A stretch of 64,000 bases of DNA from a candidate division WWE3 bacterium (GTDB lineage: Bacteria > Patescibacteriota > 4484-211 > GCA-002791395): contig JAAXWF010000001.1 of assembly GCA_013335095.1 (NCBI GenBank), positions 381,984 to 445,983 on the forward strand, written 5' to 3'. Shown here piece by piece: positions 27,867 through 37,703 of the stretch (position 1 is the stretch's first letter; every line of letters starts with the position of its first letter). Made by a program: the position numbers and the translations under genes. The notes under the pieces were generated by a model. The model saw nothing but the letters and a program-made list of their open reading frames with translations, was not told the origin of the DNA and made no database searches.

Positions 27867-28508
27867 TCAGAGAAGTATTTCGAGAGTTTTATTTGCTTCT
27901 TCCCAATTAATAATATTCCACCACGCATTTATATAATCAATTCTGTGATTCTGATATTTTAAATAGTAGGCATGTTCCCATACATCTAAACCAAGTATCG
28001 GAAATTGACCTACAAGTAATGGTGAGTCTTGGTTAGATGTCGAGGTTATTTCTAGTACATTTTTTTCTGGATCAAATATTAGCCAAGCCCAACCACTTCC
28101 GAAGCGATTGGACGCTGCCGTAGTGAAAGTCGTTTTAAAAGTATTCATATCTCCAAAGGTTGAATTAATAAAATCCAGCACGGTTCCTTGAGGATTATTA
28201 TTTTCTTGGTTTGGTCGCAGCGTATTCCAAAATATTGTATGGTTCGCATGACCTCCACCATGATTGATTACTACTTGCCGAATTTCTTCGGGTAGGTTTG
28301 CTATGCCGCTTAATAGTTCCGTTAGATTTTTTTGTTGAAGATCGGTGTAAGGTTTTAATGCCTCATTGAGTTTTGCAATATATGAAGCATGATGTTTGTC
28401 ATGATGTATTTCCATTGTCTGTGCATCGATTATCGGTTCTAATGCATCAAATTGATAAGGTAATGACGGCAACGTATATGGATAGGTCAGAGTATCTAGC
28501 ATTCGCAT
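27867..28508 (-). CDS. sodA: Fe/Mn superoxide dismutase
   Basis: HHDKHH...; DVWEHAYYLKYQNHRIDY signature. Confidence 0.85.
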   Translation of the reverse strand: MRMLDTLTYPYTLPSLPYQFDALEPIIDAQTMEIHHDKHHASYIAKLNEALKPYTDLQQKNLTELLSGIANLPEEIRQVVINHGGGHANHTIFWNTLRPNQENNNPQGTVLDFINSTFGDMNTFKTTFTTAASNRFGSGWAWLIFDPEKNVLEITSTSNQDSPLLVGQFPILGLDVWEHAYYLKYQNHRIDYINAWWNIINWEEANKTLEILL

Positions 28509-28639
28509 CCATTTAATATACCAATAGAATATGACGGCGTCAAAAATACAATTAATTAGTGTGTTGACATTGGTGGTATATTTATTCCTATATAGAAAGG
28601 GTTTTGGTATAATATCTAATCTGTAACTAGATAGTATTT

Positions 28640-28716
28640 GGGGCTGTAGCTCAGGTGGCTAGAGCGTTTGCATGGCATGCAAAAGGTCAGGGGTTCAAGT
28701 CCCCTCAGCTCCACCA
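28640..28716 (+). tRNA. tRNA-Ala (anticodon GGC), CCA encoded
   Basis: Cloverleaf GGGGCTG/CAGCTCC acceptor with G3:U70. Anticodon loop ATGGCAT. T-arm GGTTCAAGTCC. Confidence 0.8.
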
Positions 28717-28733
28717 AAACAATCTTGTCATCA

Positions 28734-31103
28734 ATGAACTATTTACCATACAAACCACTCGAAATCGAACAAAAATGGCAACAAAAATGGAAAGATAATA
28801 TTTTTTCACATGCCGTTGATTTCTCCGACAAGGAAAAGAAATATATTCTGATTGAATTTCCTTATCCATCTGGTGCTGGCCTTCATGTCGGTCATGTGTG
28901 GGGGTATACGATGGCCGATGTTATATCTCGTTTTTATCGAATGAACGGAAAGAATGTTCTTTTTCCAATCGGTTGGGATGCCTTTGGTTTGCCCGCAGAA
29001 AACTATGCCATTAAAACCGGTATACATCCACGAATTTCGACGCAGGAAAACATCGGAAACTTCACTAATCAATTACAACGATTGGGTTTTTCCTTTGACT
29101 GGAGTAGAGAAGTCAATACCACCGATCCGGATTATTATAAATGGACGCAGTGGATCTTTCTTCAATTTTACAAAAAGGGATTGGCATATCAGGATGAGAT
29201 TCCGATTAATTGGTGTCCTTTCTGTAAAACGGGGCTGGCTGATGAAGAAGTTACTTCTGATAATCGACACGAACGTTGTGGAAATATTGTTAGCAAGAAA
29301 AAACTTCGCCAGTGGATGCTTAAAATTACCGCCTATGCCGATCGATTGATCGACGATTTAAGTACTGTAGACTACTCCGATGACATTAAAAATCAACAAA
29401 TTAATTGGATTGGTAAATCCGAAGGGGCATATATTCGTTTTGGAGTGCAGTCAAACCCGGCTGATGTTATCGAGGTCTTTACCACTCGAGCAGATACTTT
29501 GCCAGGAGTTACGTTTTTGGTCATAGCGCCAGAGCATCCACTTGCGCTTAGTCTTCCGACTAAAGAATATATTGATGCGGTAAAAGATTATATCGATGAT
29601 TCCTTAGATCTTTCTGATATAGAACGTACTGATGTTTCAAAGAAAAAAACAGGTGTCTTTACCGGAAGGTATGTCGTTAGCCCTTATGATGGTAGCTTGG
29701 TTCCGGTTTGGGTGGCTGACTATGTACTTGGCAATTATGGGACTGGGGCTGTTATGGGAGTGCCTGCGCACGATGATCGTGATCGAGTATTTGCTGAAAC
29801 ATACGAGTTACCAATTGTTGAGGTCAAAGATATTGGATTCGATGCGATTACAAAGATGATCGAATACCTTTCCGAGAAAGGATGTGGTGAATCTACTGTT
29901 GTGTATAAGCTACGTGATTGGGTTTTCTCAAGGCAACGGTATTGGGGAGAACCCATCCCAATTGTGCATTGTCCTAAGTGCGGTGTTGTTCCGGTACCAG
30001 AAGAACAACTGCCGATTAAATTACCCGAGGTCGATACATATCAGCCTACTGACGATGGTTTATCACCTTTGGCTTCAATTCGCGAATGGGTCGAAGTTCC
30101 TTGTCCTCAATGTCAAACAATGGCTGAGAGAGAGACTAATACTATGCCGAATTGGGCGGGATCGTCTTGGTATTATTTACGATACGCCGATTCTCAAAAT
30201 ACTAATGAATTTGCTAATTTCGATAAGTTATCATATTTCTTACCGGTTGACCTTTATATAGGCGGCGCTGAACACACTACGTTGCATTTGTTGTATTCCC
30301 GATTCTGGCATAAGTTTTTGTTTGACTTGCATCTTGTTCCAACTCCAGAACCATACGCGAAAAGAAGGAATAGAGGACTCATACTTGGGCCTGATGGAAG
30401 AAAAATGAGTAAGAGTTTTGGGAATGTAATCAACCCTTTAGATGTCATTGAACAAGTTGGGGCGGATACGCTGCGATTATATGAATTATTCATGGGGCCA
30501 TTTAACGGTACCTTTCCTTGGAATTACGATTCTGTTCGAGGTGTGTATCGTTTCTTAGAGCGGGTTTGGAAATTAACTCAAGATATCGTGGATTCTTCGG
30601 TAGATCAAACCGAGAGATCTGTTATTATCAAACTGCACCAAACAATTAAGAAAGTGGGTGAAGATATTGGTGCTCTGAAATTTAACACTGCGGTTGCCGC
30701 GATGATGGAGTTTCTTAATGTTGCCGAGCAGCATAAAAAGTCGATTTCTATATTGGATTGGTCCTTATTCATAAGAATACTTGCCCCGTTTGCCCCATTC
30801 ATAAGCGAGGAAATATGGCAAGTAATGCATTTGTCTGATAGCGTTGGTACTATACATATACTAGAGTGGCCTAAATACGATGATTCTTGTATAAATGAGG
30901 ATCACGTTGAAATTCCTGTACAAATTAATGGAAAGATGCGAAGTACTATTATTGTTTCTCAAGAGGAATCGATGCGAGAAGATATCGTGGTGTCGCGGGC
31001 AAATGAATCCGAAGCGATACAAAGGTTCCTGAGTGGAACTAACGTGAAAAAAGTAATATTTGTCCCAGGTAGATTGATAAATTTCGTTGTCACTTTAGAG
31101 TAG
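28734..31103 (+). CDS. leuS: leucyl-tRNA synthetase
   Basis: HVGHVWGY (HIGH-type) motif. KMSKSFGN. Typical LeuRS length and editing domain. The ORF-track start at 28668 overlaps the tRNA; the first in-frame ATG after the tRNA was used. Confidence 0.85.
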   Translation: MNYLPYKPLEIEQKWQQKWKDNIFSHAVDFSDKEKKYILIEFPYPSGAGLHVGHVWGYTMADVISRFYRMNGKNVLFPIGWDAFGLPAENYAIKTGIHPRISTQENIGNFTNQLQRLGFSFDWSREVNTTDPDYYKWTQWIFLQFYKKGLAYQDEIPINWCPFCKTGLADEEVTSDNRHERCGNIVSKKKLRQWMLKITAYADRLIDDLSTVDYSDDIKNQQINWIGKSEGAYIRFGVQSNPADVIEVFTTRADTLPGVTFLVIAPEHPLALSLPTKEYIDAVKDYIDDSLDLSDIERTDVSKKKTGVFTGRYVVSPYDGSLVPVWVADYVLGNYGTGAVMGVPAHDDRDRVFAETYELPIVEVKDIGFDAITKMIEYLSEKGCGESTVVYKLRDWVFSRQRYWGEPIPIVHCPKCGVVPVPEEQLPIKLPEVDTYQPTDDGLSPLASIREWVEVPCPQCQTMAERETNTMPNWAGSSWYYLRYADSQNTNEFANFDKLSYFLPVDLYIGGAEHTTLHLLYSRFWHKFLFDLHLVPTPEPYAKRRNRGLILGPDGRKMSKSFGNVINPLDVIEQVGADTLRLYELFMGPFNGTFPWNYDSVRGVYRFLERVWKLTQDIVDSSVDQTERSVIIKLHQTIKKVGEDIGALKFNTAVAAMMEFLNVAEQHKKSISILDWSLFIRILAPFAPFISEEIWQVMHLSDSVGTIHILEWPKYDDSCINEDHVEIPVQINGKMRSTIIVSQEESMREDIVVSRANESEAIQRFLSGTNVKKVIFVPGRLINFVVTLE

Positions 31104-31763
31104 GTGAGTGCTAATAATTACTCAGGAGATAAGCAGAATTATCTTGATATTGGATTTAAATCTTTCATTGTCAGATATCGAGTTGAGTTAGCCGCCAGTT
31201 TTAGTTTGATAGCCTTAATAGGAAGCGTTATTCTTGTTAAATTAGTATTCAGTTATCAGAAGCCAATACCTGTAGTACTCAATCCATCAAATACAGAAAT
31301 ACAAGAAAATAAAGGTGATTCATTGACACATATTTTTATAGATGTTTCTGGTGCCGTTGTGTCACCTGGAGTTTATCAGTTTAATCAAGGGAATCGCATT
31401 GGTGATGCCATTAAGGCTGCCGGTGGTATCTCGGAAGAAGCAGATCAGATGTACATCGCTGAAAAAATCAACCTCGCACAATTATTAACCGATGGACAGA
31501 AGGTCTATATTCCGTTTTTCGCCCCTACAGTTTCCCTGCCGGTTGAAGCTTCCGACTATTCACCGTCTACGCCCGAATCAAAATTAATCAATATTAATAC
31601 CGGTACTCAAGATGAACTAATGACCTTACCTGGAATTGGTAAAACCTATGCTCAGAATATCATTAACGGACGTCCATATACATCAATTGATGAATTACAA
31701 AATGTTTCAGGCATTGGCGAGCGGCGTTTTGAACAAATAAAAACCCTAGTTACGCTTTATTAA
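31104..31763 (+). CDS. comEA: competence protein ComEA (helix-hairpin-helix DNA-binding)
   Basis: N-terminal TM. SLBB-like region. C-terminal HhH pair (LMTLPGIGKTYAQNIINGRPY...LQNVSGIGERRFEQIK). Confidence 0.75.
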   Translation: MSANNYSGDKQNYLDIGFKSFIVRYRVELAASFSLIALIGSVILVKLVFSYQKPIPVVLNPSNTEIQENKGDSLTHIFIDVSGAVVSPGVYQFNQGNRIGDAIKAAGGISEEADQMYIAEKINLAQLLTDGQKVYIPFFAPTVSLPVEASDYSPSTPESKLININTGTQDELMTLPGIGKTYAQNIINGRPYTSIDELQNVSGIGERRFEQIKTLVTLY

Positions 31764-31764
31764 C

Positions 31765-32706
31765 ATGTCGTCGCTAAAATATGTTTTATTTTTTATTGGT
31801 GTTGCTGTGCTTGTTCTATTACGGCTGGGTACTTTTTACCACCATTATGCAGTGGGGATAGTACACGGTTCTACCAATAGTCATGGGGGGCAGTCTGTTC
31901 CCGATATGAATAACTACTTTATTGACGATATTATCTACCCAATTCAGCACTTCGTTTCGTATAAGCTTACCAGTATATTTTCCGAACCGTATGGTCCTTT
32001 AGTTCTTGGGATCGTTTTTGGTATTGATACGAAGCTTAATTCCGATTTAAAGAGTTTAATGCGAGTATCTGGATTAATGCATATTATAGTTGCTTCAGGT
32101 TATAACATTTCATTTTTAATCTCATTATGTATCTATCTACGCTATCTTGCTGGGTTTAAGTGGGCTAACCTCGTAATACTCATCCTGCTATTAATGTATG
32201 CAGCGGTAGCGAACTTTGAGCCTCCAATAATGAGAGCGTTTATTACGGGAGTCGGGGGAATAATAGCGTCTTCTTTAGGTCGTAAACAAAATCCGCTTGT
32301 TTGGTTGTGTTACTCGGCGATCCTTATGGTGGTATTTAACCCTGAGATAATAAGTTCATTGAGTTTTCAATTAAGCTGTGCTGCGACGTTAGGCACCTTA
32401 TTGTTTAGTGATAGGGTAAATCGAGCGCTGATATTATTGCCAGAATTTTTCCGTGAATCTGTTAGTGGTACTTTGGCGGCACAACTGTGTACCGCGCCAA
32501 TCATTATGTATGTATTTGGAGAGTATTATGTAGAGTCAATTCTTATAAATGGTTTGGTTTTAATGTTTGTTCCGTACGTTTTTATCACAAGTTGCATCTG
32601 TGTTTGTATTGCATGTATTTCAACTTCATTTGGTGCTCTCAGCGCCTTTATTCCGACCTCCTTATTAAAAATTGTATTAGTTACCTCAAGGACTATTAGC
32701 TTCTAA
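31765..32706 (+). CDS. comEC: ComEC/Rec2 competence channel, membrane domain
   Basis: Polytopic membrane protein with ComEC-like competence domain, immediately after comEA. Confidence 0.6.
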   Translation: MSSLKYVLFFIGVAVLVLLRLGTFYHHYAVGIVHGSTNSHGGQSVPDMNNYFIDDIIYPIQHFVSYKLTSIFSEPYGPLVLGIVFGIDTKLNSDLKSLMRVSGLMHIIVASGYNISFLISLCIYLRYLAGFKWANLVILILLLMYAAVANFEPPIMRAFITGVGGIIASSLGRKQNPLVWLCYSAILMVVFNPEIISSLSFQLSCAATLGTLLFSDRVNRALILLPEFFRESVSGTLAAQLCTAPIIMYVFGEYYVESILINGLVLMFVPYVFITSCICVCIACISTSFGALSAFIPTSLLKIVLVTSRTISF

Positions 32707-33551
32707 TGAAGAGATTTATAAAGTTATTATTCATTTTCTCTATTTTGTCTTGTGTGGTGATATTTTTCTTATTGAAGTCTAGTATTGGTCCTTACTTCAA
32801 AATGTCTTTTTTAAACGTGGGACAAGGAGATGCTACCTTAATACAGGTTGGTTTGTATACTCAGATACTTATAGATACTGGCCCAAATAACATTACTCTT
32901 TCAAGGCTTGCCGAAGAAATGCCCTTCAACGACCACTCGATTGAATACATATTCATTTCTCATCCTCATGCAGACCATATTCAGGGACTCTTAGATATTT
33001 TAGATGTTTATAACGTCGGCACTGTTTTTATGAATCCCATCGTTTACGAATCACCGATTTATGCCAAATTAGTTGAAAAGCTCGCGTATATGAATATTAT
33101 CGTTCGGCAATTTAGGGCTGGGAGTGATTTAATGATCGGAGATGTATCTGTGCACTGTCTGTGGCCCAACGTTGATGAATTAACCCCGACCGATAATCCA
33201 CACGATTATATGATGATACTGGTTGTCAGATATAAGAAAATATCAGCCTTGTTTCCTGGGGATTATGAGTTAAGCGGAAATTTACCTGAGCTTATACGCA
33301 GTCACTTGGATCCTGTTGTGATTGTGAAGGTCCCTCATCAAGGGAGTGATGGCGCCATTGATTCTGATATATTAATGCGATTGAGTCCGGATATTGCCAT
33401 CATTCCGGTGGGGCCGAATAAATATGGACATCCGACAAGAGAGACACTCGACTTGCTGCATCGTTCTGTCAGGTTGGTGTTTAGGACTGATAAGGATGGT
33501 ACTATTAGGATAGTCTCTCAATCTGATGGGAGTTATGGGATTATGCGATAG
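32706..33551 (+). CDS. ComEC-type metallo-beta-lactamase domain protein (separate ORF)
   Basis: N-terminal TM, then MBL motifs (ISHPHADHIQG..., HQGSDGA). Confidence 0.6.
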   Translation: MKRFIKLLFIFSILSCVVIFFLLKSSIGPYFKMSFLNVGQGDATLIQVGLYTQILIDTGPNNITLSRLAEEMPFNDHSIEYIFISHPHADHIQGLLDILDVYNVGTVFMNPIVYESPIYAKLVEKLAYMNIIVRQFRAGSDLMIGDVSVHCLWPNVDELTPTDNPHDYMMILVVRYKKISALFPGDYELSGNLPELIRSHLDPVVIVKVPHQGSDGAIDSDILMRLSPDIAIIPVGPNKYGHPTRETLDLLHRSVRLVFRTDKDGTIRIVSQSDGSYGIMR

Positions 33552-33580
33552 GGCATCTTTGTGGTGCTTACTATATCAAA

Positions 33581-34513
33581 ATGAAGAAGATTTTATTATT
33601 AATTACAATTTTAGGAGGAATTACATTTCTACTATTCTGGCTTCGATTCTCTTTACTGAATGTCGGTAGAGGATTGGTTAGTCAGTTTTCAGTCTCTGTA
33701 TTAAGAGAAGAATTCAGTACCTTTTTTGATAAAAGTCGTTCATCAGTCGAGTCCTTGCAAAAACAGGTAGCATCTCTCCCAGAGCAGCTTTCGAATGAAT
33801 CAACCGATAAAGATAAACAAATTCGCGGGCAGGTCATTTTGAAAATCGGAATAATATCTGATAGTCATGGGCATAAGGAAAACATTCAACTCGCGTTGAC
33901 TCGAATGGTTGAAGAAAAGGTTGATCTTGTTTTCCATCTAGGGGATTTTACTGCTGGAGGCGAATCTGAATATTTTGCAGACGCCAAAAATTTGCTTGAG
34001 AAAAGTGGTATACCGTACTATGTGTTGCCCGGCGATCATGACTTTAATTGGTTTCCTGAAAGGTCTCGAAGTAATTATGAATTATTTTTTGGTCAATCAT
34101 ATAATCGTATTTTTAGCATAAATGGTATTGATTTGATACTGTACGATAACTCCACTGTAGAAGTGAATTCTCCTGATTCAGATGCCTGGCTATCTCAAAG
34201 CTTGGAGTTGATTGCTAGCGATGGCACTGCGCTTTTTTTTAGCCCAAAACCACTATACAATCCCTACTTTGAATCAAAAAACGATCCATCTGGTCATACT
34301 ATAATTGAAAAACTTGTCTCTTATGGTGTCCGATATTCTTTTGCAGGAGATACCCATATATTTGCACGGTATCTTGATCCAACCGAGAAGTTAAATATGG
34401 TAACAGTAGGCGCTGTTGGTGAGTATAAAAATCCGTTGCCGCAGTGGGTACTGCTTAGTATTACAGACTTAGGCGAGATTATGATCGACCCTCGTCCGAT
34501 TGTTAAGTTGTAG
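33581..34513 (+). CDS. calcineurin-like metallophosphoesterase with N-terminal TM
   Basis: GIISDSHGH...VFHLGDF...GDHD motif series. Confidence 0.65.
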   Translation: MKKILLLITILGGITFLLFWLRFSLLNVGRGLVSQFSVSVLREEFSTFFDKSRSSVESLQKQVASLPEQLSNESTDKDKQIRGQVILKIGIISDSHGHKENIQLALTRMVEEKVDLVFHLGDFTAGGESEYFADAKNLLEKSGIPYYVLPGDHDFNWFPERSRSNYELFFGQSYNRIFSINGIDLILYDNSTVEVNSPDSDAWLSQSLELIASDGTALFFSPKPLYNPYFESKNDPSGHTIIEKLVSYGVRYSFAGDTHIFARYLDPTEKLNMVTVGAVGEYKNPLPQWVLLSITDLGEIMIDPRPIVKL

Positions 34514-34553
34514 GATCTTGTATATTAAATGAGGATACGATAAAATCCCGAAT

Positions 34554-35636
34554 ATGGAGTTTCCAATTTTTGCCAGTAAAACACGTCCCGGAAAAAAATT
34601 CTATGATCTAAATGATCCAGCTGGTCGTCATGAATATTTTCATGATAAGGCTGGTCGAGAGATTGAACGACTTCGTGAGTATATTGATAATAACACTTTC
34701 TTAGCATTTCTTTTAGCCAAAAAAGCCGCTGGTAAAGGTACTTACTCGAAAATGTTTGCTGAGATTTTTGGGAATGATCGAGTTGCTCACTTGTCCGTAG
34801 GTGATCTTGTTCGAGATGTTCATAAAACAATAGAAGATCCAAAAGAACTAGAAAGCCTTGTTGAATATTTGAAAAAGCATTACCGCGGTTTTATCTCAGT
34901 TGAGGATGCAATGGATGCATTTTTGGGTAGAAGTCAATCTACATTAATTCCTACTGAATTGATTTTAACGATGGTCCGTCGAGAGATCGAAAAGATCGGT
35001 AAAAAAGCCATTTTCTTAGACGGCTTTCCTCGGAATCTAGATCAAATATCATATTCATTATATTTTCGGGAGATTATGAACCTACGTGATGACCGCGACT
35101 TTTTTGTTCTTATTCAAGTGCCAGAGAAAGTAATTGACGCCCGCATGAAGTCTCGGGTTGTTTGTCCGCTCTGTAATACTTCCCGGAATACTAAGTTATT
35201 ACCGACTAAATTTGTTAAATATGATCAAGAATCAGACAGTTTCCTACTCATGTGTGATAATTCACAATGTAGCGGATATGGAAAAGAAGTATTGGTCCGT
35301 AAAGAAGGAGATGAGTTGGGTATTGAAGCTATTCGAGATCGAATTGAAGCAGATGGGGAACTCATTCGTAAGGCATCTTCGCTCTATGGTATCGCCCAAA
35401 TTAAAGTACGTAACGCTATTCCTGTATCAGTAGCTCATGAGATGGTTGAGGATTATGAACTTACTCCAGGATACGAGTATGAGCTATTAGATAATGGGGA
35501 AGTTCGTACAATTGAAAAACCATGGGCAGTTGAAGATGACGAGGGTGTTGAGTCACATAGCTTACTCGCAGCTGCAGCCGTCTTATCTTTTATTGTTCAA
35601 ACCCATGATCTATTGTGCGGTCCGGTAGAAGATTAA
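34554..35636 (+). CDS. adenylate kinase-like nucleoside monophosphate kinase, unusually long at 360 aa with N- and C-terminal extensions
   Basis: P-loop KKAAGKGTYS. DGFPRNLDQ. Zn LID (CPLCNTSRN...CDNSQCSGYG). Confidence 0.55.
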   Translation: MEFPIFASKTRPGKKFYDLNDPAGRHEYFHDKAGREIERLREYIDNNTFLAFLLAKKAAGKGTYSKMFAEIFGNDRVAHLSVGDLVRDVHKTIEDPKELESLVEYLKKHYRGFISVEDAMDAFLGRSQSTLIPTELILTMVRREIEKIGKKAIFLDGFPRNLDQISYSLYFREIMNLRDDRDFFVLIQVPEKVIDARMKSRVVCPLCNTSRNTKLLPTKFVKYDQESDSFLLMCDNSQCSGYGKEVLVRKEGDELGIEAIRDRIEADGELIRKASSLYGIAQIKVRNAIPVSVAHEMVEDYELTPGYEYELLDNGEVRTIEKPWAVEDDEGVESHSLLAAAAVLSFIVQTHDLLCGPVED

Positions 35637-35666
35637 TTTCCTGACAAATTAAATTTATATTAATAA

Positions 35667-35743
35667 TGGTACTCCTGGTAGGAATCGAACCTACAGTCTT
35701 CTCCTTAGGACGGAGCTGCTCTATCCAATTGAGCTACAGGAGC
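35667..35743 (-). tRNA. tRNA-Arg (anticodon CCT)
   Basis: Reverse-complement cloverleaf GCTCCTG...CAGGAGT-A-CCA. Anticodon loop GTCCTAA. T-arm GTAGGTTCGATTCCTAC. Confidence 0.7.
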
Positions 35744-35824
35744 TAGTCATTTTATTTTATCCTATATCCGCCAGTTATTTTTTCCCTAGTATATAATGAT
35801 GATGACCTTAGTTATTCGGTAGGT

Positions 35825-35900
35825 ATATATATTGCGGGGTGTGGCGCAGTTGGTAGCGCGCTACGTTCGGGACGTAGAGGCCGTCGGTTCGAGTCCGACC
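35825..35900 (+). tRNA. tRNA-Pro (anticodon CGG)
   Basis: C1:G72 acceptor CGGGGTG/CACCCCG. D-arm GCGC-AGTTGGTA-GCGC. Anticodon loop TTCGGGA. T-arm GTCGGTTCGAGTCCGAC. ACCA 3' end. Confidence 0.75.
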
Positions 35901-35941
35901 ACCCCGACCAAAAATGATTCCTTAACTGCTACAATGTAGTA

Positions 35942-36493
35942 ATGATTAAACATTCTTCTGTTGAGAATATTAATTTACCTAACGATGTTGAATTGGAACC
36001 AAACGAACATGCGGTATTGATGGTTCGCCAACATTGGTTTGTTTTTAGAGATTCCTTTTTAATTATGTTTTTCATTCCATTTGTATTGTTATCGGGTGTG
36101 TTTTTCTTGGACTATATTGATATGTCTTCACTTTTACGCAATATTTTAGGTGTTGTATTTCTATACGGTAGTGGAGTAATGTTCTTTCTGGGCATTCTAA
36201 TGTTTATTTGGCGTTTGTATTTATGGTATGGGACGTATTACATTATTACGAATCGGCGTCTCATATTAGTTACTCAGCGGGGAGCCTTTTCCCACGATGA
36301 TCGCGAAACTGGACTTATAAATATCCAAGATGTACAAGCTTCTGTTGATGGTCTGCAGGCCAGCTTATATGGATATGGCAATGTACGCATTCAAGTGTCA
36401 AGTGAGGATGCGCAATTAGTTCTAGAAAAAGTGGGGAAACCACGAGCCGTCCAACATTTAATTATCCGAGAGGCTCATCTTAAGACAAAGTAA
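35942..36493 (+). CDS. membrane protein with bacterial PH-like (YdbS/YdbT-type) domain
   Basis: Two TM segments followed by ITNRRLILVTQRG...DVQASVDG pattern. Confidence 0.45.
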   Translation: MIKHSSVENINLPNDVELEPNEHAVLMVRQHWFVFRDSFLIMFFIPFVLLSGVFFLDYIDMSSLLRNILGVVFLYGSGVMFFLGILMFIWRLYLWYGTYYIITNRRLILVTQRGAFSHDDRETGLINIQDVQASVDGLQASLYGYGNVRIQVSSEDAQLVLEKVGKPRAVQHLIIREAHLKTK

Positions 36494-36494
36494 A

Positions 36495-37670
36495 TTATTG
36501 AAGCTCTATTGAATACAAGTTATATGCTTCACTTTGAGTATTGAATGATGTTAATATAACGACTTTTGTTCCATTTGGATTAGGATATGCCTGGAGGTCT
36601 TTGATCAGTCCGGTAAATAAATGCGTTCGATTTGTTCCTGTTGTTTCAATAATCTCAATTGTCGTGTCGTCATTATTAGCATCAGATTGATAGGTGAGCA
36701 TCAGATGTTGGCTATTTGGAAACCAGCTTACTTGATGGGGTGTATTTTTATTAATACTGAAAACGGTATCGGTACTTGAAACCTTAAGAGTCGGAGTTGG
36801 TATATTTGAACGGGCTGAATTAACATTTACGACCTGATAAACATGATAATTAATCAGGTCTCCGTCATTTGTTTGATAAAGTATAAATTGATCATCAGGT
36901 GACCAAGCAGGATTGACGAACTTGGTTATTTTCTCTTTTTCTGTGTCGCTAACAGTTGCTAGAAGTTCATTTAAGCTTAATTTATTAAGATCATCCCATT
37001 GTTTAGAAATCTCTTCAATATTGGCTAGCGGAGTGGTGGTAGACTCTGTTAGATCAAATAACTGATATGTTTTTGTGCCACTTTTGTCTGTGAGCTCAAT
37101 CAATAATTGACCACTCGTTGGGGACCAAGTAAGTTTTGATTGTGAGTAATTAAATTGATCTGTGTTTTTTAGCAATTGTTGAGGCTGTCTGTTTAAATTG
37201 AATGGCCGTTCCTCTAAATTAACTGTCCATATTCCGGAGGAGTTGTTTGTGTTTACCGTATATGCAATCTTTTGATTATCCGGAGAAATGTATGTTGTGT
37301 TCACCCCGGTGTATGTTAGCGGACGAAAACTCGGATATAATGGAATTAACAATGCATCGATTTTAGTTACCAACTCTTTCTCTACAGCAACTTTTTGTTC
37401 CCAATCTGCATAGCCCTCTTTTTCAAAACGAATAGTATACGTTCCAGGGCGTAGATTTGTAATCGTTGTGTTGGTGGCATCTTTCGGCACCGCGTCGACA
37501 TACACAATGGCTCCGTCTGGATTTGAGGTCGCGGAGATTATGCCGGTTCCTTGAATGCTTCTACTGGCAAAATCAAATCGGTAGCCACTTGCCATAAAAA
37601 TAATTATTAAGCTAATCAGAGTAATGGTTGTGACTGTTATTAAAAGGTAAATTATTCTTTTAAGACTCAT
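36495..37670 (-). CDS. membrane-anchored PEGA-domain plus TolB-like beta-propeller protein
   Basis: N-terminal TM. PEGA-like motif (GAIVYVDAVPKDATNTTITNLRPGTYTIRFEKEGY). WD40/TolB-like repeats. Confidence 0.5.
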   Translation of the reverse strand: MSLKRIIYLLITVTTITLISLIIIFMASGYRFDFASRSIQGTGIISATSNPDGAIVYVDAVPKDATNTTITNLRPGTYTIRFEKEGYADWEQKVAVEKELVTKIDALLIPLYPSFRPLTYTGVNTTYISPDNQKIAYTVNTNNSSGIWTVNLEERPFNLNRQPQQLLKNTDQFNYSQSKLTWSPTSGQLLIELTDKSGTKTYQLFDLTESTTTPLANIEEISKQWDDLNKLSLNELLATVSDTEKEKITKFVNPAWSPDDQFILYQTNDGDLINYHVYQVVNVNSARSNIPTPTLKVSSTDTVFSINKNTPHQVSWFPNSQHLMLTYQSDANNDDTTIEIIETTGTNRTHLFTGLIKDLQAYPNPNGTKVVILTSFNTQSEAYNLYSIELQ

Positions 37671-37703
37671 ATTCTTATGATATCACTATGCTACAATTTG
37701 GGT

